A stretch of DNA of 32,000 nucleotides from Nostoc sp. PCC 7120 = FACHB-418 (lineage in GTDB: Bacteria > Cyanobacteriota > Cyanobacteriia > Cyanobacteriales > Nostocaceae), in NCBI RefSeq assembly GCF_000009705.1, contig NC_003270.1:1-32000 (forward strand), in the 5' to 3' direction. The notes below the pieces were generated by a model, which did no database searches, was not told where the DNA came from, and saw nothing but the letters and a program-made list of their open reading frames with translations. Positions 1-8,827 of this stretch are shown one piece after another; within the stretch, counting starts at the first letter, position 1, and every line of letters starts with the position of its first letter. The translations under genes were made by a program, and so were the position numbers.

Positions 1-119
1 TACGTATTGCCATGTTATAGCTGTCAAGGAATCTTGAATTTCCACTACAAAATGTCTGCTATTTAGAACATCGCTTTAACCCAAAAACTGGTGTCTAATA
101 AATACACCAACTAGCTTTT

Positions 120-215
120 AGCCACTTTTTTCAAACTTGCTCATTCTCAATAACTCAGATTTTATTGAGAATGAGCAATACATACGTGTTGCACACGTAC
201 TTCAAAAAGACGGCT
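120..215. repeat. Structured non-coding module A: conserved boxes plus two hairpins; candidate origin/oriT-type element
   Basis: Seen directly: 'agccactttttt' (120-131). Perfect 17-bp inverted repeat 137-153/162-178 with an 8-nt loop. 6-bp inverted repeat 184-189/193-198. 'tacttcaa' box (198-205). The same box order recurs at 608-705 with different stem sequences. Confidence 0.6.
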
Positions 216-403
216 CAATCGATTAACTTCTTCAGTAAGTGAACCTGAAATTTCCACTGTGAGTTCACAAGTCACTCTATATATTGAGCGTTAACTGAAA
301 TAAAAACTTGTCTAACACAACAACTCTACTAAAAACCTTTAACACCGTAAGATTAGTGTAGTTTAACCGTACTAAATCAGTCTCATCCGACACTAATATT
401 TTT

Positions 404-560
404 GGCCGTCCAAAACATCAAAAACAATGGTTTCTTGTCCCTTTGGCCGTCCAATAAGCACCAACCTTAGTCAGTTGTCATGCTCTGCTGACAATTGCCC
501 ACCTGTCAACGGCCGTCCAAAACATCAAAAACAGTGGTTTCTTGTCCTTTTGGCCGTCCA
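404..560. repeat. Two 50-bp direct repeats bounded by GGCCGTCCA boxes (iteron-like)
   Basis: Units 404-453 and 511-560 differ at 2 positions. GGCCGTCCA occurs 4 times (404, 445, 511, 552). The second unit also forms a 14-bp inverted repeat 524-537/558-571 ('atcaaaaacagtgg'/'ccactgtttttgat'). Confidence 0.75.
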
Positions 561-607
561 CTGTTTTTGATAAAAATCTTCTGTAACTTTTATCCAGTCT
601 CAATTAC

Positions 608-705
608 AGCCACTTTTTTGAGCATTTTTCATTGTCAATAAGCTGGGGGATTATTGACAATGCGTAATACTGCGATATTACATACCTACTTCAACAACTG
701 CTCAG
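608..705. repeat. Structured non-coding module B, a paralogue of module A
   Basis: 'agccactttttt' (608-619). 12-bp inverted repeat 630-641/651-662. 6-bp inverted repeat 664-669/676-681. 'tacttcaa' (687-694). The stems differ from module A but pairing is preserved. Confidence 0.6.
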
Positions 706-1428
706 TCACTCCAACCACCAGACACAGTAAAGCCGTTTTATATTCATCAAACAGTTATTGCCTTCATCCCAAGTGTGATCATCATTAGTCAACACTAACC
801 ACACATTTATAATCACCACTAAGTCCCAGTAATTAGTATTTTTTTAGAGTTAGCATATATTACATTTGTGTTTCAATGATGATTCAAAATCAATTTCATC
901 TACAGTTTTACAGGTTTTACTCTGAGTTAGTAGCCAAGCGTTCCATATAACAGTTGAAAAAACACGTTAATAATCAAGGTTTGTGACCACCAACGCCCTT
1001 ACTTGTGATTAATATTAGTCATTCCAAAAGCTAATAAATTTGATGGTTTTATGGCATCGCTCCAGTAGAGCAAGTTAGCACTCAATACGCACCCATTTGC
1101 ACAGAGTATGCACAGTTTCGCACTAAAAGCTGTGCATCGCTCTGGCTAAAAATGATGATTTAGGCTTACCAAATTGTGCAGAGTGAGTGCAAGATTGTGC
1201 CGATTTGCTCCAAATTCGTGCCTTGATGTCGCTGTGTTTTTGGGGTGGGTGCTATTACCGTTCTATTTCGAGTAGGGGGTATTAGGATGGAGGTGTACTC
1301 ACTACACTTCCGCGCCCTGCGGGTGGGCTACGCCCATCTTTCGCTTCGCTCAAGACGCAGAAGTTTCGTTCGCCCCTTCGGGGAGTTCGCACACCCTTGG
1401 CACAACTGTAAAATCCGAGAGTAAATCA

Positions 1429-3222
1429 ATGGTAGCTTTGGCGATTCTGCGCGTTGAAAAACTCAAATCTTTCGGCAATGTTGGCGGTAGCGAGAAGCAT
1501 ACTGCCCGTTTACAAGATACCCCGAATGCCGACACGACTAAAAAAAATATCAGACTGATTGGTATGGAGGACAACTCATCACTAGAAGATTTGGTCAAAA
1601 CCAAGATTGCCAACACTACCAAGCACAAACCGCGCAAGGATGCCGTGCTGTGTAGCGAGATGTTTCTGTCGGCATCGCCCGAATATTTCCGCCCTGACGA
1701 CCCATCAAGAGCGGGTGAATGGAATCATGAGCGTATGGTATTGTTCGCTGGGGCTTCTCGACAATGGCTGATCAACAACTACGGTGATAAGTGTGTCCGG
1801 GCAGAACTGCACTTGGATGAAGCTACTCCCCACATTCATGCTTACATTGTTCCCATCAACGACAAAACCAAACAGCTAAGTCACAAGGAAATGTTCGGCG
1901 GTAATGGTCGTGTTGGCAGCATCAAGTTATCTAAGCTGCAAGATAGCTATGCTTCGGCACTCGCTCCTTTGGGAATTGAACGGGGGGTTAAGGGCAGTAA
2001 GGCCACCCACACCAAAGTAAAGGAGTATTACCAAGCCGTTAACAGCGAACCACTCACTGCCGTCTGGTCGAATAAAAAACTAGCTCCCCAACCACTTGAA
2101 TCAGCTACAAATTATGTTGCCCGGATTCAGAATGATGACCAATTCCACGCCATCAACCACCAACTTGCTGACCGCGCTTTCATGCAGGAGCGATTAGAAC
2201 GGGCAGAGCAACGGGCAAGAGCCAGCGAGAAGGAACGACAACGGTTAGAAAAAGAAGTGCGATCGCTTGAGTTGAAGACCCAACAACTGCGCGACTTGGA
2301 ATTATTGGATGTCGCTTGGGAGTTGGGGCTAGATTACGAGCGTGAAAGATGGAGAGGTCACGGTCACATCATTAATATAGATGGTTCCAAATTCTATGAC
2401 TTTTCACCCGACCAACAGAAGGGCGGCGGCGGTGCGATTGATTTGGTCATGCACGTTAATCAGTGCAATTTTCGGCAGGCGGTTGTCTGGTTGCATGAGC
2501 GTTTTGGTGAAGCTGGCGTAGAACGGGCAGCGATCGCTCACGTTAAAAACAGGGCGGCGGACATTATCCAGGCTGAACCACGTCCCCAATTCACCCCACC
2601 CGTTGAGAATAAAGCTAACTGGCCTGCCGTTGAACGTTACCTTACCCAACAACGGGGCATCCCCTCTGATTGTTTGCAAATGCTTCAAAACCTGGGACTA
2701 CTTTACGCTGATGATCAACAAAACGCTGTTTTTGTTATGCGGGATCTTGAGGGTCAAACTAGCGGTGCATTTTTACGGGGAACTAGAGGGGAGAACAACA
2801 GTTTTAAAGGCTACTCTAAGGGAACCAAACGCAGTGATAGCTGGTTTTACTTCGGTTTGGGTGGTCAAGCGACCGATAAAGTAGCTCATGTTCTGCTGTG
2901 TTCTTCTCCCATTGAAGCTGTTTCCAGAGCTATGCTCGAATACTTTGTTAGGGGCAATGTGCCACCTGAGCGAACCCTGTACATGGCAGTCGATAACATT
3001 AACTCTTTGCCTGTCGAGCGATTGCAGAACGTTCCTAATATACTGGTGACTTTTGGTAAAGACCAATCAACAAATGCGGCCGCACAGCGTGTCTTAGAAC
3101 TTCTGCCACAGTCCCAACAAGTCTTATCCAAAGCGGCGGATTGGAACCAGCAGCTTCTTGAATATGGATGGCAGTTAAGGCGACAGCAGTACCAGCAACA
3201 GGATGATGAATTGAGTATTTAA
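1429..3222 (+). CDS. MobV-family (Mob_Pre) relaxase fused to a C-terminal DUF3991/Toprim-like primase-type domain
   Basis: N-terminal 'LRVEKLKSFGNVGGSEKHTAR' and 'LHLDEATPHIHAYIVP' fit MobV motif I (HxxR) and motif III (HxDE..PHxH). A central charged coiled coil follows (ERAEQRARASEKERQRLEKEVRSLE). The C-terminal 'GGGAIDLVMHV..' and 'LLCSSPIEAVS ... YMAVDN' look Toprim-like. ATG start, 597 aa ORF. Confidence 0.8.
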   Translation: MVALAILRVEKLKSFGNVGGSEKHTARLQDTPNADTTKKNIRLIGMEDNSSLEDLVKTKIANTTKHKPRKDAVLCSEMFLSASPEYFRPDDPSRAGEWNHERMVLFAGASRQWLINNYGDKCVRAELHLDEATPHIHAYIVPINDKTKQLSHKEMFGGNGRVGSIKLSKLQDSYASALAPLGIERGVKGSKATHTKVKEYYQAVNSEPLTAVWSNKKLAPQPLESATNYVARIQNDDQFHAINHQLADRAFMQERLERAEQRARASEKERQRLEKEVRSLELKTQQLRDLELLDVAWELGLDYERERWRGHGHIINIDGSKFYDFSPDQQKGGGGAIDLVMHVNQCNFRQAVVWLHERFGEAGVERAAIAHVKNRAADIIQAEPRPQFTPPVENKANWPAVERYLTQQRGIPSDCLQMLQNLGLLYADDQQNAVFVMRDLEGQTSGAFLRGTRGENNSFKGYSKGTKRSDSWFYFGLGGQATDKVAHVLLCSSPIEAVSRAMLEYFVRGNVPPERTLYMAVDNINSLPVERLQNVPNILVTFGKDQSTNAAAQRVLELLPQSQQVLSKAADWNQQLLEYGWQLRRQQYQQQDDELSI

Positions 3223-3398
3223 AAGAGGTAGTGTAAAAGTAGCCACAACGACCAAGGGCATTTGTAACTGGGTGCTAGATTCAATCTCAACTATCTTCTT
3301 TGAATCAGCCTAACTTTCCTGCTTACTAGGCGCAGATAGCCTTTGTATCCCACTGATAATTTAAAATCGTTCCGGTGCGCCTGGGTTGTTGTGTCCCC

Positions 3399-3833
3399 TT
3401 ATTTAATAGATGGGCTAATCTTAAACCGAAGTTTACCATTCGCGTTAATTTCTATATCTACATGATGTTTCCCGTTTAATGTCGCAACAGCAACAGTTCC
3501 AACGATAGCTCCGATACCACCGCCAACTGCTGCTCCAACAGGCCCACCAACTATGACTCCAAAAATAGCTCCTGCGCCTGCTCCTCCAAAGATATAAAGG
3601 GCAGAATAATTAATTGTAGTAGCCGCAAAAGAGTAAGGGATGAATGCACCTGTAGCTACATTTACCCACATTCCCGATTTGTTCTTGTGTAACTCAAAAA
3701 TTGTTTTCAATTGCTCTGGCAGGTCTGAATATCGTTCGTAGTCTGTAATAACCTCAACTTCCTCACCTTGCGCCAAGGCTGTCTTTAGCTCACGATAAAA
3801 CCTTTCCGTATCTGAGAAAACTAACTTCCGCAT
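3399..3833 (-). CDS. Small protein with a soluble N-terminal domain and a glycine-zipper membrane segment
   Basis: The ORF track starts at a TTG (3866); the first ATG is at 3833 (MRKLVFSD..). 'GGAGAGAIFGVIVGGPVGAAVGGGIGAIVGTVAVA' is a classic GxxxG glycine-zipper stretch. No family recognised. Confidence 0.5.
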   Translation of the reverse strand: MRKLVFSDTERFYRELKTALAQGEEVEVITDYERYSDLPEQLKTIFELHKNKSGMWVNVATGAFIPYSFAATTINYSALYIFGGAGAGAIFGVIVGGPVGAAVGGGIGAIVGTVAVATLNGKHHVDIEINANGKLRFKISPSIK

Positions 3834-4200
3834 ACACTTACTCAACCTTGGCAATCTGCTGGTCAAACCTCATCGTTTAGTATTCCCTTTCACATCGTAC
3901 TTACAAGCACCCAACAATCGACCTTAAAACACTGTCTCATCAACAACCTTGCGTTGCCTCAACTCTCAACAGTCATAGACCAACTTTCAGCTACTCTTTA
4001 GTGAGGACTAAAAGCCTTTAACTATAGGTCAATGATGAAATCACCCACCCAAAAGTTTAAGACTTTAAAGGACATTTTGTAGTGCTAATGTAGTTTTTTA
4101 GTAGTTAATTTTGTTGGTTGTTTTTTTTCTTTCTCAATTTAGACTTAAAAAACGGGAAAAACTTTTTTGCGTACTGTGCGGAAACTCAAATTTTTTCAAC

Positions 4201-4350
4201 TGACATGAAATTAACGTCAATTTGACTAGGATTTACCATAGTTTTACCAAGGTTTTAACATAGGTTGACTGCGGTCAAAGTTGCGCCTCCCATGAAATTG
4301 ACATGGATCTAACTAGGATTTAACGTCAATCTGACATGAAACTGCCATAG
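4201..4350. repeat. Shuffled short-repeat (iteron-like) cluster downstream of the primase-helicase gene
   Basis: 'gacatgaaa' at 4202 and 4333. 'catgaaatt' at 4204 and 4291. 'aacgtcaat[t/c]tgac' at 4213 and 4322. 'actaggattta' at 4225 and 4312. 'ccatag' at 4236 and 4345. Confidence 0.6.
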
Positions 4351-4725
4351 ATTTCACATAAAACTGGCATAGCACACTGATATGTTTTATTACGGGTTTT
4401 TCCTGTACTGAGTTGAGCAATTTATTTTCCCTAAGCGAACCAAATCGGGTTTAAATGCTCTTGTTTGTTCTAAAAAGCCAACACATCTCTGTACTGCTGT
4501 CTTGGTACAACAGCAGGCACAGTCTAGCCGTCGTCAGTTTAACCCCAAAAAGCGAGATTTTTCATCCAGAGTCTTCCACATCTCATCCGCTCAACATGAA
4601 GCTAGAGATGATGACGGTTTCATTCAGCATAGGTTGGTGAAAATTATCTCACCCAGATACGATCGCTTTTACCTTGGATCAAGCTGATGGCACTGCCCCT
4701 GAATTAATCACTCTCAGTCTCAGGT

Positions 4726-7700
4726 TTATTCCAATGCCTTGAGTTGCTTGACTGCCTGACGCTCCTCTGGGGTCAACTCTTTCCAAACAGCCGATTTAAA
4801 CTCACTCGTCCATTCTTCTATAAGTTCAGCAATCAAGCCCCAACTCTCATCGGCAATACACTCCCTAATCAGTGCCACATTACCCATAAGTTTCTGCTCA
4901 AAAGATAATTCGAGGGTAGAACCAGAGGTGGAACAGGGGGTGGAACCGAAGGCGGAAGATTTTGGTTGTTCGTCTCTTTGAACATTGACTGTTTGGTGTG
5001 ACGCTTCCTCTTCACCTTGTAGACAAACCTCTGCTACATCTACGCTCTTTAGTTGGCTCTCTACTTCTGTTGTCAATAAGCTCTCTGGCATAGCAATAAG
5101 CTCTCCTGGCACAGCAATATCCACACCAGTTGAATCGGCTGTAGTGCTTGCTGGCACTTCACCGCACACCTCCCACACCAATTTATCGCCCTCTATTTCA
5201 TTTTCAAAATCAACATTGGGATTGATATCTAATTTTGACTCAAGATTCCCATGCCAATCTTGATCAGCCCTATCGACATTGACATTGATCTCTGATTTTG
5301 GTTGTTGATCTAGATCGACTTTTTGAAAACCAGAATTATTTTTTTCATCCAACCCCTCATCACTGGTGTGGGTGGTGTGGAAGTCTTGATTTATCAGGCT
5401 TTGTTGGTGTGGATTTGGTGTGGAATTTGGTGTGGAATTTTCACTTATTGCTATGGGTGTGCCAGTTATTGACATTGGCACATTATCAAAACTAATTCCT
5501 TGCAGTGCTTGTAATTTCCGCTTACCTGATGGATGGGGAACTGTGACTAATTTGGTTTTGGGAAATAATGCTTTAATTCTGGGTAGGGCTTGGTTAATCG
5601 CCTTGACTGTTTTATCGCTGGGCTTAGATTGTTCCTGCCATATCGCTTTTACCTTGCCATTGCTCGATTCCTCAAATGACAAAGTACCGTTATCGATGTA
5701 CCAATTTTCCAGGCGTTGCCAGATATCAAAAGCGGTAACAATGCCATTCGCCTTGTATCCTAGCCCTGTATCCTTGCAGAATTGGAACAAGTGCGAGTTT
5801 TCCGCTTGAATTTCTTCCAAGGCTTGTTGAGTGCAACTGTAGTCAATGCCCTCAGCGATTAATGCTTGTAACCCAGCAATCATCTTATTTAAAAATGCTG
5901 GGGCGACACACTCTTGCACAAAATCCACGTCATAAGCAAACCGGGGGTCAGCTAGTAACTCATCGTGGTTATTGGGGTCAGGGTTGGTCTTAAATGTTTT
6001 GCGGAAAATCAGAGCGGCGATGCGGTCTAAAATTGCTTGAATTGTGCCGTACCATGACGGGGTATCATTCAAGTTGAAGATGCCGATCGCGTTAGAGTTA
6101 AATTCGATGTGGTCTTTGCCTTTGCGCTCGGAGTGTAAGACGTTACCAGTAGCAAATAGCTTGAGCGACTGAATCTTATCGAGTCGTGTGGTCTGTGGGT
6201 TTTCACTTGCCCAATTCACCCGGCTGTTAACGAGTGCAGCTAATGCAAATTTCCGCCCTTCATCATAAGCCACAAAGTCAGCTAAAGAGCAGCTGGTCAT
6301 ACCTTGATGACCGTAGATGGTAGATACTACCTGCCGAATTGAATCTTTACCATTTGCACCCAAGCCACAAGCAAGTAGTACCTTTGGTTCCCGTCCTTTA
6401 CGCTTACGAACTTCCGCTAAATCAAGACTTGCCCCCAGATTCCTTAATAAAATTTGCTGTTGTGGCGAGTCTAAACATTCCAGTAAGCGATCGCAGTGGC
6501 TAGAATCCGCCTTCGGGTCATACTTCACCAATGGTTCATAAGTAAAAAAGTGCTTATCTGGGTCGTGTTCTTCTAAAACTGGCCTTGGTATTGGGCCTGA
6601 CCAGTCAATGGCTAACACGCCATTGGTACAGTTGACTCCTGGCGGGTTGAGTAATTGCGGGTCAATTTCGACTCGCAGCTTCACCCACTCCAGTAATTCT
6701 TTGACCTTGTTGGGTTTGGCGTAGGGATAGGTGATCACATAACTATCGCCGTTTTTCTTGATCACCGGATAGGAATTGCAATAATTGGTGATGCGCCGAC
6801 GCTCGACGGCATCGGGTGAGTACCTGTAGCCTTTGCCATGCCAGTAGTACAGCTTGCCATCGGCACAGATCCATTTTGTTTCACCGTAAAGGGTGTTAAA
6901 ACCCTTTTGTAGAAATGTGCTGTCAGGCTCCTCGTCGCCCAAATCGGCAACATCTAGTGTGTCTTGGGCTGATTGTTGTTGCTTTTGAGTTGTAATTTCT
7001 TCAATCTGTTTAAGCAATAGCTCTACTAATTCATCGCCCGTCATGCCCGACTCAAAAATATCTGCTATGTCTCCTTTATCTTGCAGATTGGGTTGAATTT
7101 TTAGCAAGTCGATGGCAACAAAACTTACTCCGGCTTGCTGACAAATCTCTTTAATTCGCTGTTGCTTGTTCCAGCCAGTAGAATCATTATCTACGCAGTA
7201 AGCTAGTAAAAAATCTTTACCTGTACTGTGCTGGATTTGGGTTAATGAATGGAGTATGTCACGGTCGGAACTGCTGCCTACCCAAGTAATGCTGGCTAAG
7301 TTTTCTAATCGGCTGGCTTCAACGCATTTTTCACCTTCATGAGCCAGCAGTACAGGGATGCCGTCTGTGGCTTTGATAATGGCGATCGCTTCGGATTGTC
7401 TGTAAGCTGGCCAAAATCCTTCTTTCTTCCAGGCAACCTTATTAGTTATAGGGTCAATTCGGCTGACTGAGAATGTTTTGACCCTGCCTTTGGGTGCGGC
7501 AGCACAGGGACAAGAAAATCTATGAGCCTTTCGCCCATTGCCATAGTCGTATTCAATCTCCTTAATTTCTTTTAATTCCTGTGATGTGGCTCCTGAATCT
7601 GACAGCCTGATGGCAACGGATTTAGGAACGAAATCAGGTGTTACAGGCTGTGGTGTGGTGATTTCACCCGAAAGCAAGCATATTCTTAACTGTGATGGGT

Positions 7701-8019
7701 CTACATCTAAAACTTTGGGTACTGTTGCTGGCTTTTTCGCCTTAATTGGTAGCGGCTTGGGTGATAATGTAGAGCCTAGTTTTCGTTCTTCTAGTACCTG
7801 AGTCCAGGGCTTGATTGCTTCTCTAATATCGCGGTGAAGGCACTCGTTATAACAACTGTATTTGCCGTTATTCGGGTTGATGCTGAGATTATGGCCACCG
7901 CACACTGGGCAAATATATTTATTCTTGACCCGTGTTGGTTCTAACTGGTCTATAAAGTTGCGAATATCAAATGAATCTGAACCGGCGATCGCTGTAGAGG
8001 AGGAGAATTGTGCAACCAT
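4726..8019 (-). CDS. Plasmid replicative primase-helicase: zinc ribbon, Toprim, D5_N-like and P4/D5-family SF3 helicase domains, with a long acidic C-terminal tail
   Basis: 'CPVCGGHNLS..CYNEC' zinc ribbon. Toprim-like 'LLAHEGEKC' and 'YCVDNDSTG'. 'GKLYYWHGKGY' D5_N-like. Walker A 'GLGANGKDS' and Walker B-like 'VNWASE'. The last ~330 aa are acidic and low-complexity. ATG start. Confidence 0.85.
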   Translation of the reverse strand: MVAQFSSSTAIAGSDSFDIRNFIDQLEPTRVKNKYICPVCGGHNLSINPNNGKYSCYNECLHRDIREAIKPWTQVLEERKLGSTLSPKPLPIKAKKPATVPKVLDVDPSQLRICLLSGEITTPQPVTPDFVPKSVAIRLSDSGATSQELKEIKEIEYDYGNGRKAHRFSCPCAAAPKGRVKTFSVSRIDPITNKVAWKKEGFWPAYRQSEAIAIIKATDGIPVLLAHEGEKCVEASRLENLASITWVGSSSDRDILHSLTQIQHSTGKDFLLAYCVDNDSTGWNKQQRIKEICQQAGVSFVAIDLLKIQPNLQDKGDIADIFESGMTGDELVELLLKQIEEITTQKQQQSAQDTLDVADLGDEEPDSTFLQKGFNTLYGETKWICADGKLYYWHGKGYRYSPDAVERRRITNYCNSYPVIKKNGDSYVITYPYAKPNKVKELLEWVKLRVEIDPQLLNPPGVNCTNGVLAIDWSGPIPRPVLEEHDPDKHFFTYEPLVKYDPKADSSHCDRLLECLDSPQQQILLRNLGASLDLAEVRKRKGREPKVLLACGLGANGKDSIRQVVSTIYGHQGMTSCSLADFVAYDEGRKFALAALVNSRVNWASENPQTTRLDKIQSLKLFATGNVLHSERKGKDHIEFNSNAIGIFNLNDTPSWYGTIQAILDRIAALIFRKTFKTNPDPNNHDELLADPRFAYDVDFVQECVAPAFLNKMIAGLQALIAEGIDYSCTQQALEEIQAENSHLFQFCKDTGLGYKANGIVTAFDIWQRLENWYIDNGTLSFEESSNGKVKAIWQEQSKPSDKTVKAINQALPRIKALFPKTKLVTVPHPSGKRKLQALQGISFDNVPMSITGTPIAISENSTPNSTPNPHQQSLINQDFHTTHTSDEGLDEKNNSGFQKVDLDQQPKSEINVNVDRADQDWHGNLESKLDINPNVDFENEIEGDKLVWEVCGEVPASTTADSTGVDIAVPGELIAMPESLLTTEVESQLKSVDVAEVCLQGEEEASHQTVNVQRDEQPKSSAFGSTPCSTSGSTLELSFEQKLMGNVALIRECIADESWGLIAELIEEWTSEFKSAVWKELTPEERQAVKQLKALE

Positions 8020-8309
8020 TACGCGATACCTCCGATTTGATTCAATTGTTGAAGATTAGCTATTAAAAAAATCGCTGTATTGTTTCTATAGCAAGTGTCT
8101 CCGAGGATTTTAAAACAGTTAATTACTGTGCTATTATCTATTTCTAACAGCAAATTTCTTGATGCTGTAATATAGATACAATGCCCTCTGACAATGTTAC
8201 CGATGCACTCATGGTAACTGTCGTTGTAAACTTGTAGTTTAAGCATATTAACTTTTATTAAATCCGGGCTTTCCCGGTATGAGTGAACAAACAACGCTGA
8301 ATCCGCCAA
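8019..8309 (-). CDS. Hypothetical leader ORF translationally coupled to the primase-helicase
   Basis: Its TAA stop overlaps the primase-helicase ATG by one base (TAATG at 8017-8021). However, it has only a TTG start, no clear RBS and no recognisable family. Confidence 0.3.
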   Translation of the reverse strand: MADSALFVHSYRESPDLIKVNMLKLQVYNDSYHECIGNIVRGHCIYITASRNLLLEIDNSTVINCFKILGDTCYRNNTAIFLIANLQQLNQIGGIA

Positions 8310-8330
8310 GATAGGGCGTTGTTAAGAACT

Positions 8331-8364
8331 AAAAGCTCTCGGTTGCTACCGGGGGCTTTTTGTT
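8331..8364 (+). terminator. Rho-independent-type hairpin with flanking A and T tracts; the stem is better on the + strand
   Basis: 9-bp stem 8335-8343/8348-8356 (7 Watson-Crick pairs plus 2 G.U as + strand RNA), loop 'ugcu', tail 'tttttgtt'. On the minus strand the two wobble pairs become C.A mismatches. It lies between the RHH gene and the leader ORF/primase-helicase. Confidence 0.45.
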
Positions 8365-8379
8365 ATTGATGTGAGGATT

Positions 8380-8403
8380 ATAGCACTATAGTCAAAGTGC
8401 TAT
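8380..8403. promoter_or_regulatory. ATAGCAC half-site pair at the 3' end of the RHH gene
   Basis: 'atagcactatag' 8380-8391 and an inverted 'agtgctat' 8396-8403. This is the same motif as the 8648-8681 palindrome. Confidence 0.4.
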
Positions 8404-8570
8404 TTATTTTTGGTTGACTCAGGATCGTTTTCTTCTAACCACTTATCAAGAAGACCTTTTAAAACTTCATCCATAGTTGTTTTTAACTGTATACAGGTTA
8501 TTTTGAAGCGATCACGCTTTTCTTCATCTACTCGAAATCGCACAAAAACCTGTTTGTTTGAATCGGTCAT
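8400..8570 (-). CDS. Ribbon-helix-helix (CopG/Arc-like) DNA-binding protein
   Basis: From the first ATG: 'MTDSNKQVFVRFRVDEEKRDRFKITCIQLKTTMDEVLKGLLDKWLEE'. This gives a beta-strand (VFVRFRV) followed by two helices. It is 56 aa and sits upstream of the replication gene and divergent from parM. Confidence 0.6.
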   Translation of the reverse strand: MTDSNKQVFVRFRVDEEKRDRFKITCIQLKTTMDEVLKGLLDKWLEENDPESTKNK

Positions 8571-8647
8571 AGCAAAATGTTTCTTTAGCAAATTAGCAAT
8601 ACTTTACTATTGTCGCCAAATAGTTAGCACATTCAAGTAAATGATTT

Positions 8648-8681
8648 AATAGCACTATAGTTTTTGTGCTATAGTGCTATT
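8648..8681. promoter_or_regulatory. Perfect 13-bp inverted repeat (operator or centromere candidate) in the divergent RHH/parM promoter region
   Basis: 'aatagcactatag' 8648-8660 and 'ctatagtgctatt' 8669-8681. 'gtgctat' is repeated at 8666 and 8674. Confidence 0.6.
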
Positions 8682-8827
8682 AAGGTAAAAACGTCAGGGA
8701 ATGACCAAAGCAACATTAGATGGGATAAGTGCCAGCGCGCCACCGCATCATTGCTTAACTGGTCAAAACCAAGGCAGCAAGCCTATTCCAGAACCTTGTC
8801 AATTGAATAATTAGAGGGTTATACCTT

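Noticed and set aside
1350-1637. 95-aa minus-strand ORF overlapping the relaxase start
   Set aside because: It is antisense to a well-supported MobV relaxase N-terminus and runs into the G+C-rich hairpin region. No family features and no RBS seen.
4455-4687. Two overlapping 61-aa + strand ORFs in the gap downstream of the primase-helicase
   Set aside because: They are mutually overlapping with no RBS. They read convergently towards the 3' end of the minus-strand primase-helicase gene, and their composition is not protein-like.
8019-8570. Reading the RHH gene plus the 96-aa ORF as a toxin-antitoxin pair
   Set aside because: The 96-aa ORF has no recognisable toxin features and only a TTG start. 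A hairpin separates it from the RHH gene. A CopG-like copy-control role fits the position upstream of rep better.
8701-8814. 37-aa ORF (MTKATLDGISASAPPHH..) just upstream of parM
   Set aside because: It is too short to support without conservation data. The region is more likely the parM leader or promoter.
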